Source: Asterias rubens (taxonomy: Eukaryota). From it: a DNA stretch of 64,000 nucleotides. The translations under genes and the position numbers were made by a program. Within the stretch, counting starts at the first letter, position 1. Every line of letters starts with the position of its first letter. Below the pieces are notes generated by a model. That model was not told where the DNA came from, searched no databases, and saw only the letters and a list, made by a program, of their open reading frames with translations. The DNA lies in NCBI RefSeq assembly GCF_902459465.1, contig NC_047068.1, positions 17,980,001 to 18,044,000 of the forward strand, in the 5' to 3' direction. This document shows positions 1-13,290 of the stretch, piece by piece.

Positions 1-1853
1 TGACAAACCGATCATGTACATGATACCAAAGACAGATCAGTACCTCAAAATGGCCGTCAAAATCTCGTCCTAGTTGCAGACTTACGCTGCCCTTTGATCT
101 TCATCAGGCTACGTCCAATTAAACAATGATAACTCCATTATAACGACGTTAAGAGTGCGTTCGTCGTGGCAAAGCAGTGATGCAACTAATCTTGTCTTGA
201 ACGGTAGAGGCCGGCTGACCAAATACGCGTAATTCAATAGAGTACCCTCTCTACATTTTAGTTTAAAAAGGCCAGTTTGATGGAATCGAACTTATGCTCT
301 TTTTTAGCTGTTTTCAAGTACGGGTTCCATGTTTGCATACGAACCACTGTACTAGCAAGGTACGGGTTGATGCATGTACACGATGTGGCTTTAAAAGTTG
401 TTCTGCATGCTCTGATGAGAGTATGTTCCTTATTGCATTGACTGCATTTTATTTAATAATTTACACTATAATTTTACACTATCACAGAGATGTTTTCAAA
501 ATCAATACATATACGAAACTTTGGTTTACTTTGGTTTCCTATGTTTCAAGGTCAGGGGCAACGTTTCGGCACTGCCAATCAAAGATAAATTCATTATATA
601 TTTAACAACATGGAGTTTGTCAGTTATGTAAACTGAATTGGTAATATTCTCAACTTCACAACAGGTATGCCAGTCTGCCGTATTTCGTTTAGTATCTAGA
701 TGAAGAAAAAAACAACCATAATGTGAAGTGAAGCAAAAAGTGGGTTAAAATGCAAACCGTCAATTGATATCGGTAGATCGGTCCGTCTTCTCGAAACACA
801 GTGGAATATGTTTTTCTCTTAGATCGCCCAAACGTTCATATTCATTTGTAGGATAACATTGTAATCCATTTTCACGCGATAAAAAGCAAGCCTCCCTTGA
901 GAAACGTTATCGCGCCTGAGAGCAGCATAACTTAAATATGCTCCCTTTTCCTTTTGGCCCATCAAGATGATACATGCCCTGCACTCAAGCATTCTGGTAA
1001 AAATCTGTTGGATATTATCTGAAGTAAAAATACAGTGATACTCCCTGTGGGAGACGTTTGCGTAAAAGGGTCCCGTGAGCTAGCCGTGCATAGTGCGGAT
1101 GGGTCTGTCCGTCCGCTGTGTACGGGCACGTGGAGGTGCGCACAGAGGTACATTGAAGCTAAGTTGGTAGATTGCCATGCACTAAAAAATTCTGGTCAAA
1201 ACTGCCATATCTGGAATCGAAGGTAAAACAGTGACGTTTGCGTAAAAAAGAGTCACATGACCTGTGCACTGTGCGGATGGGCCTGTCCGTCCGCTGTGCG
1301 CGGTGCGGATGGGCCTGTCCGTCCGCTGTGCCCGGGAACGTGGAGGGTGCACAGATACCTTGAGAGTATTATTTTACCTGAACGATGATGATTATGGCGC
1401 AATTCAAACGCGTGTGTAAATTTACCCATCTGTTGCCCGCCTTCGCTCGCGGGCGAAGCAATAAATGTCACGCGAACGGTCGTGTTCGGAATTCAAGGTA
1501 GCGAATAGTGTTGGGGGGGGGGCAGGCTATCCAGATTTCCCTAAAACTGTGAACGTTTTTTTTACGATAGCCTGGCCGTTGTATGCTCAGGCTTAGACGC
1601 ATGGTTAGTGAATGATATTGAAGAGGGACAGGCCGTCAAGAGTTCCCAACAAAATGTGCGCTTTTTCTACGATACCCTAGCCATTGTATGCTCAGGTTGA
1701 GATGGACGATGCATGTAATGTATTTACATTTAATCAAAGACGGAACACGAGAGGTGAAATGCCGCATGCATGCATTGGCCGATATAAAACTCAAGCCAAC
1801 TCTCTGTAGAGGAGAGAACTGACTCGGGGTGAAATGCAAACAGATAAACGATC

Positions 1854-2456
1854 AGGGCCCAATTTCATGGCTCTGCTTACCGCCGAATTATGTGCTTACG
1901 ATCACAATATTCACTGCTTACTGTGCAAGCGCCGAATTTCTGTGTAAGCGTAGAATGCATAACGTGGAGTTCGCACATGCACAACCCAAAATTTGCCGAT
2001 AACCCGTGAAATACGCTTGATAATTTGGAAGAAAACATCCACTCAAACCGACAAAGTTTTTCAAATACATCCCTAAGTATCGCACGCTTATTAACTGGAA
2101 CCGTGTACAAAAGATAATTGTTTATTGTACTATGATATGCCCTCGATGCTTCAATGCTAGAATTAAATTATATATTCAGCAAAACAAATAATAATTATGT
2201 CCACTCAAATATTTATATTATCATCATACGCATATGGATACAAATTAACAAGGCCTAGTTTCATAAATCTGTTAAATGTTTAGCAGAAAATACTTCTTCA
2301 CAAATATCTTTGCTAAGCGAAAAATGAGTGGTGCACCGGTCACAACATTGTACACTATATGGAATGTTGACTAGTAGCTTGTTGCTATAAAACAAGCTTG
2401 CCCTGTGCTTAGCAGGTTTGTGTGCCTAACTGTACTGCTGCATGAAAATTAGGCCC
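1854..2456. mobile_element. GGGCCC-ended MITE-like element(s), probably composite
   Basis: Starts agggcccaatttcatgg and ends catgaaaattaggccc (inverted). An internal end-like motif lies near 2251. The internal segment resembles 34410-34644. Confidence 0.6.
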
Positions 2457-4988
2457 ATGTCGCTTTGCGCAGTATATGATAGGTTTACACTTTCAAATTA
2501 GAAGTAATCACTTCATTTTCTGCTCTTAAATCATTCGACAAATAGTTTTAGTCATAACATCTTCATCATCATTGACCTCAGGTGCATTTTCATAAATATT
2601 ACAGTATCACTATAAAGAAACAACGTCATTTCAAAGTGATAAGTTATTCAAAAGCTCTGGTGATATTTACATGAAAAAACAAATTACAAACCATCATTAA
2701 ATCAGTGCTTTATGATCTTTAGGAGGTGAATGCTAGAGATTTACTCATCATACTCTTTTATTTATGTTATTCAGTTTAAAAAGTGGAAATGCCTTCTCGT
2801 GACCCGGGCAAAAACCGGGGGGTTAAATTTACACAATGGAAGTTGTCATGCAAATCAACATTTTCATCACAGATTAGTTGTTTTTTGTGGGGGGTAACTT
2901 TTTACATGCTATCAGTACCAATTTGTCCTGCAAAACACTTAACGATGTGCAATGAAAAATTTTAGTTTTTATTTTATTATTACAAACTAATCGATAAGTT
3001 TTTAACAAGCCAAAGATGATCAGCACGATCACTTTTACTGAGTGTGATTTTTGTACAATTTGTTTGGTTCTTGAAAACTAGATGTTTGTCAAACCACCCT
3101 TCAAAGCAAAACCACACTGATGTACTTGCCCTTTATTCCTGTAATGCTAATATCAAATTGATCAGTGTATCTTCTGGCGTCGGCACTTCATCCAATATTG
3201 ACACATCCGTGTCTGGAAGACGTAATGTGCGTATTTAATGTTACCGTACACGTTTTCAAAGCTACAACTTGCCGAACAATGTTTTTCCCAACTTGAAAAC
3301 AAGTACTTGTACATCTTCATCGTTATGTCAACAAATATGCCTAGTCTGCCACTGAAAGTGTTATTTTACAACAAGGAAGATAATATTGCTGGTTTATTTG
3401 TTTATAGGAGATCGATAGTTTCAACCCAAGGGCCCAAGAAATAACACCTCCGATGCCTAATGCGCTGGTGCTTATTACCATACACAACTACAAATTCCAG
3501 CACAAAAACATTTTTTTTTTCCAAGTATGGTTTTTAATCGTGTGTACAATAATAACATCTGGAAATTTTGTCGCGTTTTTTAGATACCGTCGAAACTTCG
3601 AAGCAAATTATGTCCACGCAGGAAGAAATTGAATACACACTCAAAGCATGGCAGCGTTGCTGTGGAAGTAACGCTGCTTAGATTTTTTTTATTTTTTTTA
3701 TTTCTTTCTTTTTTGGAAGGAGGGGGCATGACAACTGAAGTTGGTGTTAGGGTTGGGATAGGGTTTGGGTTGCGGTCCGGGTTGAGAGTATAATAGTCTA
3801 GCATGCAAGAAGCTTGCAAGTAGCTTGTTCAGAGCATTCAAAAGCCTTTACCGATATCGTCTTTTCAAAAGGAGTATACGTTCTTCAGTGTTTTAAAATG
3901 TGTATTTAGAAGATCATGTTAACGAGTGTTGATAAAACAAAAAGTGTCAACCTATTGCATCGGGTAATATAATTCACATTTAACTTTTCCCGTCCTGAAG
4001 CAACGTCCACACGCGTCTATTTGAAAAACCTCGGTGCTCTTTTTATGTGGCACAATATAATTTCCAACCACGTGCAGTGTTTGCTTGTTTACCCGTTTCG
4101 CGCCATGGGCAAACAAAAGCATGCTCTCAATATCGGGGCACCGTGCATGTGTAGAATACTAACTAAAAACACTTAGGTATATCATCCAGGGTTTGTGATC
4201 GGGACAGACTAAAATCACCAACGTGAAAGATAGGCAGGTACTAACATCTTGAGAAATATCTCTTTAGATGAAATACTAAGTTACGCAGCACCATTCTTAA
4301 TTTTGATTTGCCAAAGTCGTCGAAATAAGCACAAACTGTTTCGTTGTTTCCGACAATTCGTGACCACGTTAAGCTTGCATTGATACCGTTTTCACAAGTT
4401 GGTTGTATAAATCATTAAACAAACAAAAAAAAAGGAGAGAAAAGGGGATGCTCCTGTAAACAAAATGATGCTATGCACCTTAACAACCCAATACACAATA
4501 CATTGCATCCAGTTAATTTTGATCTTTATGGAGTCACCTATAGCTTTTCGAAAGATGTAAAACACAAAGAACAAAGGAGGCACTGGGTTAAAATCCAATT
4601 TAAAATCATCATTCATGGACGATAAGTAGTAAGTTGTTCACATTCAACGCAAATGAATACCAAAATCAGCACTTGGATTGCCTGTTAATAACTCTATTAT
4701 AACACTTTCCGATTAAATAAGCCCATTTCAGATGGGACCTACGGGGCGCCATACAAAGACCGAACATTATGATTCGTGAAAAACAACTCCAAATAAGGAC
4801 ACACTTTTCTAATAAAAATTGAACCGAAGATACATAAATATCTTAAAGGTCATTATTGGATCATTAATCATTTGAAAGCTTAATTGAGTTCATGCCACAG
4901 CAATTTTTTAGAGGAATGTTTCCGTCTGAATTTTGGTAAAAACAGGTTTGTGACATATTTACAGTCCGAATATATCAACGTTGCTTAA

Positions 4989-5356
4989 AGATGCTATGTC
5001 AGATTTTTGGCCCCAAACATAAAAAATAGGTTTTTTTGAGTGAATGGTATTTCAAAGAGTATCACCCGCTCTAACGAAAACAAGTTTTACTTTTACTTTT
5101 AATGGTCACAATAATGACAATAATTTAAAACGTTTCTTTTAAAACACATAAGAATTGGTCACGTGATATATTGTCGGGATCCCGACAAAAAAACTAATTT
5201 TGAGCACTTTATTTCACTGCTACTAATAATTGGCGGACCTTTTCGAGCAATGGCTCAAATGAAAGCTTGTAACTTTCTCGACCCCCATCAAAATACCTAT
5301 TGAATTTTAAATCAAAATATTTGGGTCAAATCGACCAAAAATCTGACATAGCATCT
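4989..5356. mobile_element. Non-autonomous TIR element, Kolobok-like
   Basis: Perfect 22-bp TIR agatgctatgtcagatttttgg / ccaaaaatctgacatagcatct, flanked by ttaa (left) and ttta (right). No ORF. Confidence 0.8.
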
Positions 5357-5537
5357 TTTACATTCGACTGCAATATTGAAATAATTCTGGACATAACGAA
5401 CATGCACGAAACCCCTGAAAGTGATGATTAGGATATAAAGTTGTTTTATATTTTATTTCATAAACCAGAATTTACTGAATTTGATGAAACATCTCAAGTT
5501 GTTTTATGGTGATTTTCTTATAAAAAAGGGATGTTTG

Positions 5538-5880
5538 CACTGGACAGCTTTGGTAATTGTCAAAGACCAGTCTTCTTACTTGGTGTATCTCAACATAGGC
5601 CCTGTGCATAAAATAAAAAATAAAACCTGTGAAATTTGAATTCAATTGGTCGTCGGAGTTGCAAAAGAATAGTTAAATAAAAAACACCCTTGTCGCATGT
5701 TGTGTGTTTTCACCTCAGCTGAGGTCTTGAATTCAAATCAAATAATTCAGTGAAAAATAACTTTTTTTCTCAAAAAGTACGTTACTTCAGAGGGAGCCGT
5801 TTCTTACAATGTTTTAAACTATCAACAGCTCTCCATAGCTCGTTACCAAGTAAGTTTTTTATGTCCAGTGTCCAGTGCCT
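5538..5880 (-). mobile_element. Copy of dispersed TTAA-flanked MITE family A (Kolobok-like), partly deleted
   Basis: Colinear (reverse orientation) with 9200-9581; right end ccagtgcct|ttaa. Confidence 0.8.
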
Positions 5881-6995
5881 TTAAGTATAGATATAAAATC
5901 TGACAAACAGACCTGGCATCTGTAGGCGCCTTCTGGTCTAGAGGTTGGAGCCCCCTGGACCCTCTATGTATAACGTGTTACGGTATGGTTGGAGGTTTTA
6001 TATGCTCTCATTTTACCGGTACATCAAAACACATAAGCGAAAGGTGATGTTCTGCATACCCCCCCCCCCCACTCCCAGTGGCGACCGCTTTAAAGCAAGG
6101 GAAAGTTTGTGTTTGTTTAGATGTTCTCGCATCTAGAACAGCGTCTTGAGAAATCGGTCAAACTATACAAAAAATGTGCCGGAATAGATATGGCATTAAA
6201 ATTATCTGTTTATATTTGATTTTTGGTTCTTCAGTCCTATACAGTCAGTGGGGTAAACGTAAACAAAATCAGTTGTTTTGTGCAGTAGGTTAGTTTTAAA
6301 ATTAAAAGGGACAGGATCCGCCAATTTCTCATTCACGCATGATACTTGGTTCTTTCCAAAAAGCAGGAAAATGTTATTGGTACAAGTGCTGACCTGTATG
6401 TACATTATAAGTTATATTATATAGATTTTATTAATTGTTTTTAAACTTTACTTCATTACAATTTTTGGTGATTTTTCTGCGGGTCAGATCGAAAATCAGA
6501 CTCAAGAAGGAAGAATATATTGCATGCTCATATCTTTGTGATGAGTAATGTTTACTCAAAATTTCTCATCAAACGCAGGGTGTATAGCTAACTCAAATGG
6601 TGCCCTTGATCCCTTCAAAGCATGGCAGCCCTCCTATCCCAACCCCGGAAATACCTGACCATTCCCATTTAGGCATGCCAATTTAGGGATCCGCAGGTGC
6701 ATAATCATAATGGGCCCCTTTAATATAGAAGTCATACTCAAGAATGTACCTGAATATCTCACCTGACTTATAATGACTGAATGTCTGCCGAAAAGGATTA
6801 AAATATTCGCATGCAGGTGATTTTTTATCCACATTTTGGTGTTTTTTTAAGGGTGGGGGAGCTGAAGTATTTTTCGCCGAGTGTGTCAGGAATACTCCAA
6901 CAGAGAAAATTGGGATGGTTCGGTGCATGACGGGGATGAGTCAAGGAAGGGGATTTATCTCAAATCTGAATTTTTTTGAGCCTTTTCAAATTATC

Positions 6996-7109
6996 AGGGT
7001 CGAATTTCATAATTTGACAAAATTCTTTGCTAAGCAAAAGTTGAGTTGGGCACCAACCTAAACAAAGCAAACCATGTAGTTTTGTGCTTGGCTTTGTGAA
7101 ATTGGGCCC
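6996..7109. mobile_element. Short GGGCCC-family MITE
   Basis: agggtcgaatttcataa ... tttgtgaaattgggccc inverted ends, the same ends as 28643-28780 and 35052-35309. Confidence 0.65.
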
Positions 7110-8582
7110 ACAGTTTGTAATGGAACCTACTCACTAGACAATGTTAATGCAATAGCTTCAGTGTGTCAAATTGCATTGAGAATCTGTATTATTTGTAAAT
7201 AATTGTATAAATTTAATGTGGGACTTTTGGGAGTGCTAGGTGGCAGCAGATTTACACTGTTCTCGGTAGTGTGCGTGCTCAGAACTATGTGGAACAGTGG
7301 AAATTATTTACCCGAATCAGATGTGACCTAGCATTTCAAAGTCTCCCACTGATGTTGAGTATGAAATGTACATGTTCAATATGTTTATTATTGCCTATTG
7401 TTAAATTGTCTTAATGTAAAAACAAAATCCATATTTTGATTGGAGTGTAATGTTTAACTTATTGTGAAAAAAGTTAAGTTTTATGTTTCTATATAAAGTA
7501 TAAATAAAGTAATATAAATGTAATGTCTGATCTATATCATGTTGAATGGATGCCCTGTCGAAACTTGGTTTTGATAAAATATATTTAAATACACACATCA
7601 ATAACATTAGTGTTATATTTAAATTGTTAATGTTAAACTATTGTTTCATACTTATCTCAAACCTGCATACTATTGGGAAATGTTAATATTCAAATATAAT
7701 GTCAAAAAGGTGTATTTTTGACTTGCAAACGTGTCTTTGATTGCACACTTTTTAAGATTCAATTAAAGTTATACAACACAGTTGAGAAATTAGAACAAAA
7801 TATGTAAATGTTGTCCATGTTTGCTATACTCTTGAAATTCGACATTGACACAAGTCCTTTCAGTTTGTGAATATCAGAAGATCGACGCATCCATATAAGG
7901 CAAAAGCAAATGTGTTTATTTTTCCTCATTCTGTCAGTCTTCGGACAATAAAATAAATCAGTCGTTAATTTGAAAGACACTTAAACGGATTTGTTTCATT
8001 TCATTCCCCAGCTACTTACGATTTATTTTACAAACGGATTGATTAAAGAAAATCTCCTTTTAGTGGCCCTTACATAAGGGCCATCCGAACCCCTTTAAAC
8101 TTTCAAAAAAGAATTCCACCCTTGTATAAATTAATTTCGAGTTGTTTAAACATGAGTCTACAATAGACGCTTTACATCCAACAAACATCTGAAAACCTCT
8201 TCTTGACAAATTTATGTTTCTCAAGTCGGGAGATAGTATAGAACGATAACAGTAAAATATTTAAAGAACCTTTGAGTGTAATGGGATACAGCCACCACAT
8301 CTGGCTCTTGCATGAAAAGATACGTTTTTATTGTATAAAGAGACTCAGTAATTTGATGAGCTTGAATTCCCAAGAATGAAGTGTGCTGATGTTATTGTAA
8401 GTCAACATCACTGAAAGTCCTTTCTTATTCTTCATTTTAATCAAAAATACTCCAATCCCGACGAACTAACACGGGTTATCGATGCGGTTTCTTATTTCAT
8501 TAGTTTTGTTGCTACTCAGGGGAGAGGAGGGGCAAAGTAAAGGGTTTGTTCTTGCATCGGGGAAAGGAAATTCTGCGATCGT

Positions 8583-8965
8583 AATTATCTAAACAAGACT
8601 ATATTGTTTGTTATCTAATCCAACTTTGCTTGTGTGTTGCACATTTTGAAGAGTTCGATATGAGCTTTGCATTACCCGGACACAAGAGCAAGTGACTGGA
8701 GTAAGGCTGGTTTCTAAGGCTGGAAGTACGGGTTATTATATAAATATAAAATTACAAACCTAATTATCTATGTTATTTATTATATGTTATCTAATCCCAC
8801 TTTGCTTAATGTGTTGAACATTATTTGACGAGTTCGGTACGTGGGCATTGTCATTCTTCAGACATAAGAGCCAAGTATACATGACTGAAGAGGGATGGCT
8901 GGCCTCCAAAGAATACGGCTTGAAATATGATTGTTATATAAATATATAGATCCAATTACAAAAGT
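8583..8965. repeat. Diverged tandem duplication, about 180-200 bp x2
   Basis: 8583-8760 and 8761-8965 share taattatct..gttatctaatcc(a/c)actttgctt..gtgttg..gagttcg..cA(c/t)aagagc..ttatataaatata..attaca. Confidence 0.7.
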
Positions 8966-9199
8966 AATTATTGGTTTTGTAATGGGAAAGTTCAACGTGT
9001 TCACGTACATCTAATTATTTAAGAAAAGGGCATGCATTACATTCGATTCCAACCCCGCATAGACGTTCTACACTGCACATGATGTGGGGTGTTAATTTAC
9101 ACCATGGCCATGTGTGTTGTCAAATATTGATACCAAACAAGAAACAAAGTTTTTTATTAAAAAAAATAGGGTGTTGAAATAACACTAACTGCATTTTAA

Positions 9200-9581
9200 A
9201 GGCAGTGGACACTATTGGTAATTATTCAAAATAATTATTAGCGTATAAAACCTTTCTTGGTGACGAGTAATGGGGAGAGACTGATGGTATAAAACATTGT
9301 GAGAAATGGCTCCCTCTGAAGTGCCATAGTTTTGGAGAAAGAAGTAATTTTCCACGAATTTGATTTCGAGACCTCAAATGTAGAACTTGAGGTTTCGAAA
9401 TTAACTACCTAAACGCACACAACTTCGTTTGACAAGGGTATTTTTTTTCTTTCATTATTATCTCGCAAGTTCGATGACCGATTGAGCTCAAATTTTCACA
9501 GGGTTGTTATTATATGCATATGTTGAGATACACCAACTGTGAAGACTAGTCTTTGACAATTACCAATAGAGTCCACTGTCT
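9200..9581 (+). mobile_element. Full-length MITE family A (Kolobok-like, TTAA target duplication)
   Basis: ttaa|aggcagtggacactattggtaatt ... aattaccaatagagtccactgtct|ttaa: about 24-bp TIR with TTAA on both sides. At least five further copies in the window. Confidence 0.9.
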
Positions 9582-11906
9582 TTAACACCGTATAAATATG
9601 GTGTTAATTTGAATGTGTACTGGTGTCTTTGTTTTGTATTATTAATTTACGAAATATATACACAAGTCATGTGTGTTTTAAGATGCTGCAACTTAAACTT
9701 TAAAAAAATAACCAATGGCGCCAGAGTGGTTGAATGCTGTTTGTGCGGGTTATAGCATGGGCTAGACTCTTTCACTATACAGGTAATAGTTCGGCTTGCT
9801 TGATGTTTGATGGTTCTTACGTTGATAGAGGCTAAAAGGCTTTCTATTTAGATTGGGTTTTGCCATGTTCCCATGGTTGCTAATTAGTCTGTGCTCATTA
9901 TAGATACCAATGTAGGTCATCATGTCACCTTTTGATTGTTAGACTTGGTTCAAGTCCCGTTCTCGTGCAAGAGGTCACCATATATAGCCATTAGTTTTCT
10001 TGCGCTGGCACGGGATTGGGACTTGAGACAAGTCTGCTATTGAGTTCACTCGTTGCGATCCCATTGTTTTCAGTGCCACTGGCGTGGAGGGAACTCTGTA
10101 TGTGTAATTGAGAGGGATTTTGGAGGTGCTCCATTTTAGTTGTTCAATGTCAATTTAAAATGCATTATACAAGATCATATTCGGACGACCGGAACCCTGG
10201 CGTGGATCTTTGTCTTATGGACCAGCGTTTGCTAGGCTTTCTAATCATCGTTTTAACGAAGAGCAATACGATACATTAAAGGTACTGATTGCAACGCGTC
10301 TAGCTTCGGTTTGGAGCGTGGGTTTGTTTTGAAGAAAAACAAAAGACCTTCCATCAATTTAAATCTCTACTTGAAGATACAGGAATGCATGCATGCTCGA
10401 CCATATTGCCTTCCGGACCAGCGCATAATGGACACTACGGTTTCTACCTAAAAGCGGATTTAGACCTAATTCTCCCAGGTGACCCATCTGCCGTCTATCC
10501 CCATGCTTATGAGGCAGTATTGGGGATTTCCCTTGTTGGGTGTGGACAGTGCAGAAACCCAAGGGATATTTAAACGATGACTTTAAAGATGTGGTATAAG
10601 CAGCTGCAGCATTTTGGTTGTCGGTTCAAATAACCAAAACATCTTAATTAAGTTAATTCATCCACTGTTAAAGATCAAGCATCGCAAGAGAAAGACAAAA
10701 CTTACATATTATTATTTCCAGTGATGACCAAGGGCCATTTTCATTTTCATGTATAATTTGTGGCTGGTATCCTGCTCATTTCTGCTCACAAAGCACAACG
10801 ATTCATCTTCACAAAACTTGTCAGTATAGTGATTTGTATTTTGACATCACACGTTGCTTAGCGTTTAAGATATATAATTGATACAAATCGTTAGTTGTTT
10901 GTGAGATCAGTCTGAACCTATTATTACTTGAATTAAAACGTCATGGGGATCCTATTTCAACGCATATAATGTTCATTTTAGTGTAGTTTTTAAAATAGTG
11001 TTTGAAACAAGCGTGTGATATTACCTTTGTATCTTCATGTACAAACAAAAATGTATAAGTGACCAAACATAAAAATAATCTAAAAACACGCATCAAGGGT
11101 TAATTGAACAATCATTAAACTTTGTATTATATTTAGGGTGAAGGTAATAAATTATTAAAGTGATATTATCTGAAACCAACAATTGAATATCTGTGCACAT
11201 CAGGATCGTATGCACCTTTAATCTTATGGGCCTACGCCAATTTGTTTCTCTGTAAGAGATGGCAAAAAGCATCGTAGAGATAAAAGGACATCCCGATGTA
11301 GCTTGTGGACAACTCAAATCTACCGGGAAATGTAAAACTGAAGCTGTCACAATAAATCCTGCGGGTATCGGATCCCATCAGATGGACTCAACCTGAAAGC
11401 TTCTTTGGAGTTATGTGTGTTGAGTTTTTGGTCCAAGGGGAAATTATCACTTAATCGTTAGTCCAAATAGCAAGCATTTCATAAAAATTTGAAGATCGGT
11501 CTTCACTGATCATTATAAGAGAGGACAGCACTCTCTTTTACTTTAGCCCTGTTCCTGGTTTAAATGGCATGAAGTGAATTCAGTTTCTATTTTTGAAATA
11601 ATGTTAAGAGATAAGCTTACATATAGCCATGGTTTTATTCGGGAATTATGCCTGTATATAAAGCCCATGGGCATCAATTTATTTTAATGCACTGTTAACC
11701 CGGTAGCATGGGTTCAATAACGGACAAGTATCGGGCGTTTAGTATTTTATTTTTTTGTAGGCCTATTATAATTGTGAGATGGCGAGAAGCATCGTACATA
11801 GATAATAGAACATCTCAGTGTATCTTGTGGAAAACTTAAACTACAAATTACTTCAACGCGCTTTAAGATAATTAAATTTACAACACTGTGGTATGGGTGT
11901 CATTAA

Positions 11907-12280
11907 AAGCCATTGGAAACTTTCGGTAAAAAGTATTGTCCAAAGGCCCACACTTCGTGTATCACAACTTATATATATAAAATAACAAACCTGTGAAAAT
12001 TTATGCTCAATCGGTCATCAGAGTCGGAAGAAAATAACGGGAAAACCCATTCGTGTTTCCACACGTTTCGCCGTGTCATGACATGTTGTGTTTAAAATAA
12101 ATCCGTAATTCTCGATATCGAGAATTGATAAAATGTTTAAATGTTTTCTCAAAAAGTAAAGCATTTCATGGAATAATATTTCAAGAGAAGTCTTTCACAA
12201 GTACCTTATGTAAACCCTGTAAGTTATTTGTTAATCTGTGAATTTTTGTTTTCTGTTCCGAAATTAGTGTCCAATGGCTT
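11907..12280. mobile_element. TTAA-flanked MITE, related family B
   Basis: ttaa|aagccattggaaac ... gtgtccaatggctt. Shares the aaataacaaacctgtgaaaatt block with family A. Confidence 0.75.
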
Positions 12281-13290
12281 AAACTAACAACTATCGGAAT
12301 TTCCGGATTAAATTAATGAGCAATGAGCAATGAGCAATGTACAAGTTCTACAACCATGCACACCATGCACACCATGCACAAAGCTTCCGATATGCATATT
12401 ATAATAGGCATGTATACAGGCAAAATACTTTTATTGTTAATATCCTATAGTGCCTCTGCCGGGACGGGTTGTTGAAGTTCCAACTTTGAGCACTTGGGGA
12501 GGGGTAACAAAATTGCTAAAAGAAGTACCATTTTTTCATGAAAGAGTTAGCAAGCCTTTGTCCTGCCGGCGTGTGTTTCTATATGAGCCTCTCAAAAGTA
12601 AAACTGATCTACCCCAAATTTGAAAGACAAAATATTGGTGCACCAAACTGAATTATTTGGGGAAAACAGCGCGCGTGTATTCTATTATAAACATATTTAA
12701 AAGCCAAATAAACGGATACGGTGTGATAATTTTCTCCAAATCATGTGACCAGTGGTGTTGTTCTCCAACTTGGTGTTTTGGGGTGACAGTGTTGTCATAT
12801 TATTAACTTTTGTTTAGGGGTGATGATCGATGCTCGGACCGTTTAAAAATACACCGGTGGGTGCTTTTATTTGGAGGGAGAATTACTCGACGGACCTTGG
12901 GACTTCCCGCACTCGAGCAGAGAATAAAGGCAATGAATACATTCCCATTACTGTTAAAAGGTGTAAGACTTCGAAGTACTTTTGTTTCCATTGAATGATT
13001 ATTAGACATTTGCACTGATGCTGTGGGAGTTAAGATTTTAGGGACGGTGTGCACCGTTTGATGGTGGTAGCGCCCTCTATAGTCGGGTGGTCGGAGTACT
13101 AAAGCGTAACCCAGACGCGTCAAACGTTACATTAAATGGTTAACGGTACACATTGCAAGTAGAACCCGACTATTTCATTAAAAGTGACAGTTTTTGTAAA
13201 GTTTTGAAGTTGTTTGGACCCTTTTCTCACGCATAGATTGATTTTGAGCAGATAAAGCGTAATCAAATTAAGTTTTTGAAAGATATTATA

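Noticed and set aside
294-605. 103-aa ORF
   Set aside because: No recognisable motifs, AT-rich composition, non-ATG start and no splice partners; likely a chance ORF.
10359-10573. Overlapping 62-67 aa ORFs in a GC-richer patch
   Set aside because: No family motif recognised on either strand and no convincing splice sites; may be a transposon relic.
12317-12380. Short tandem repeats (gagcaat)3 and (accatgcac)3
   Set aside because: Ordinary slippage repeats.
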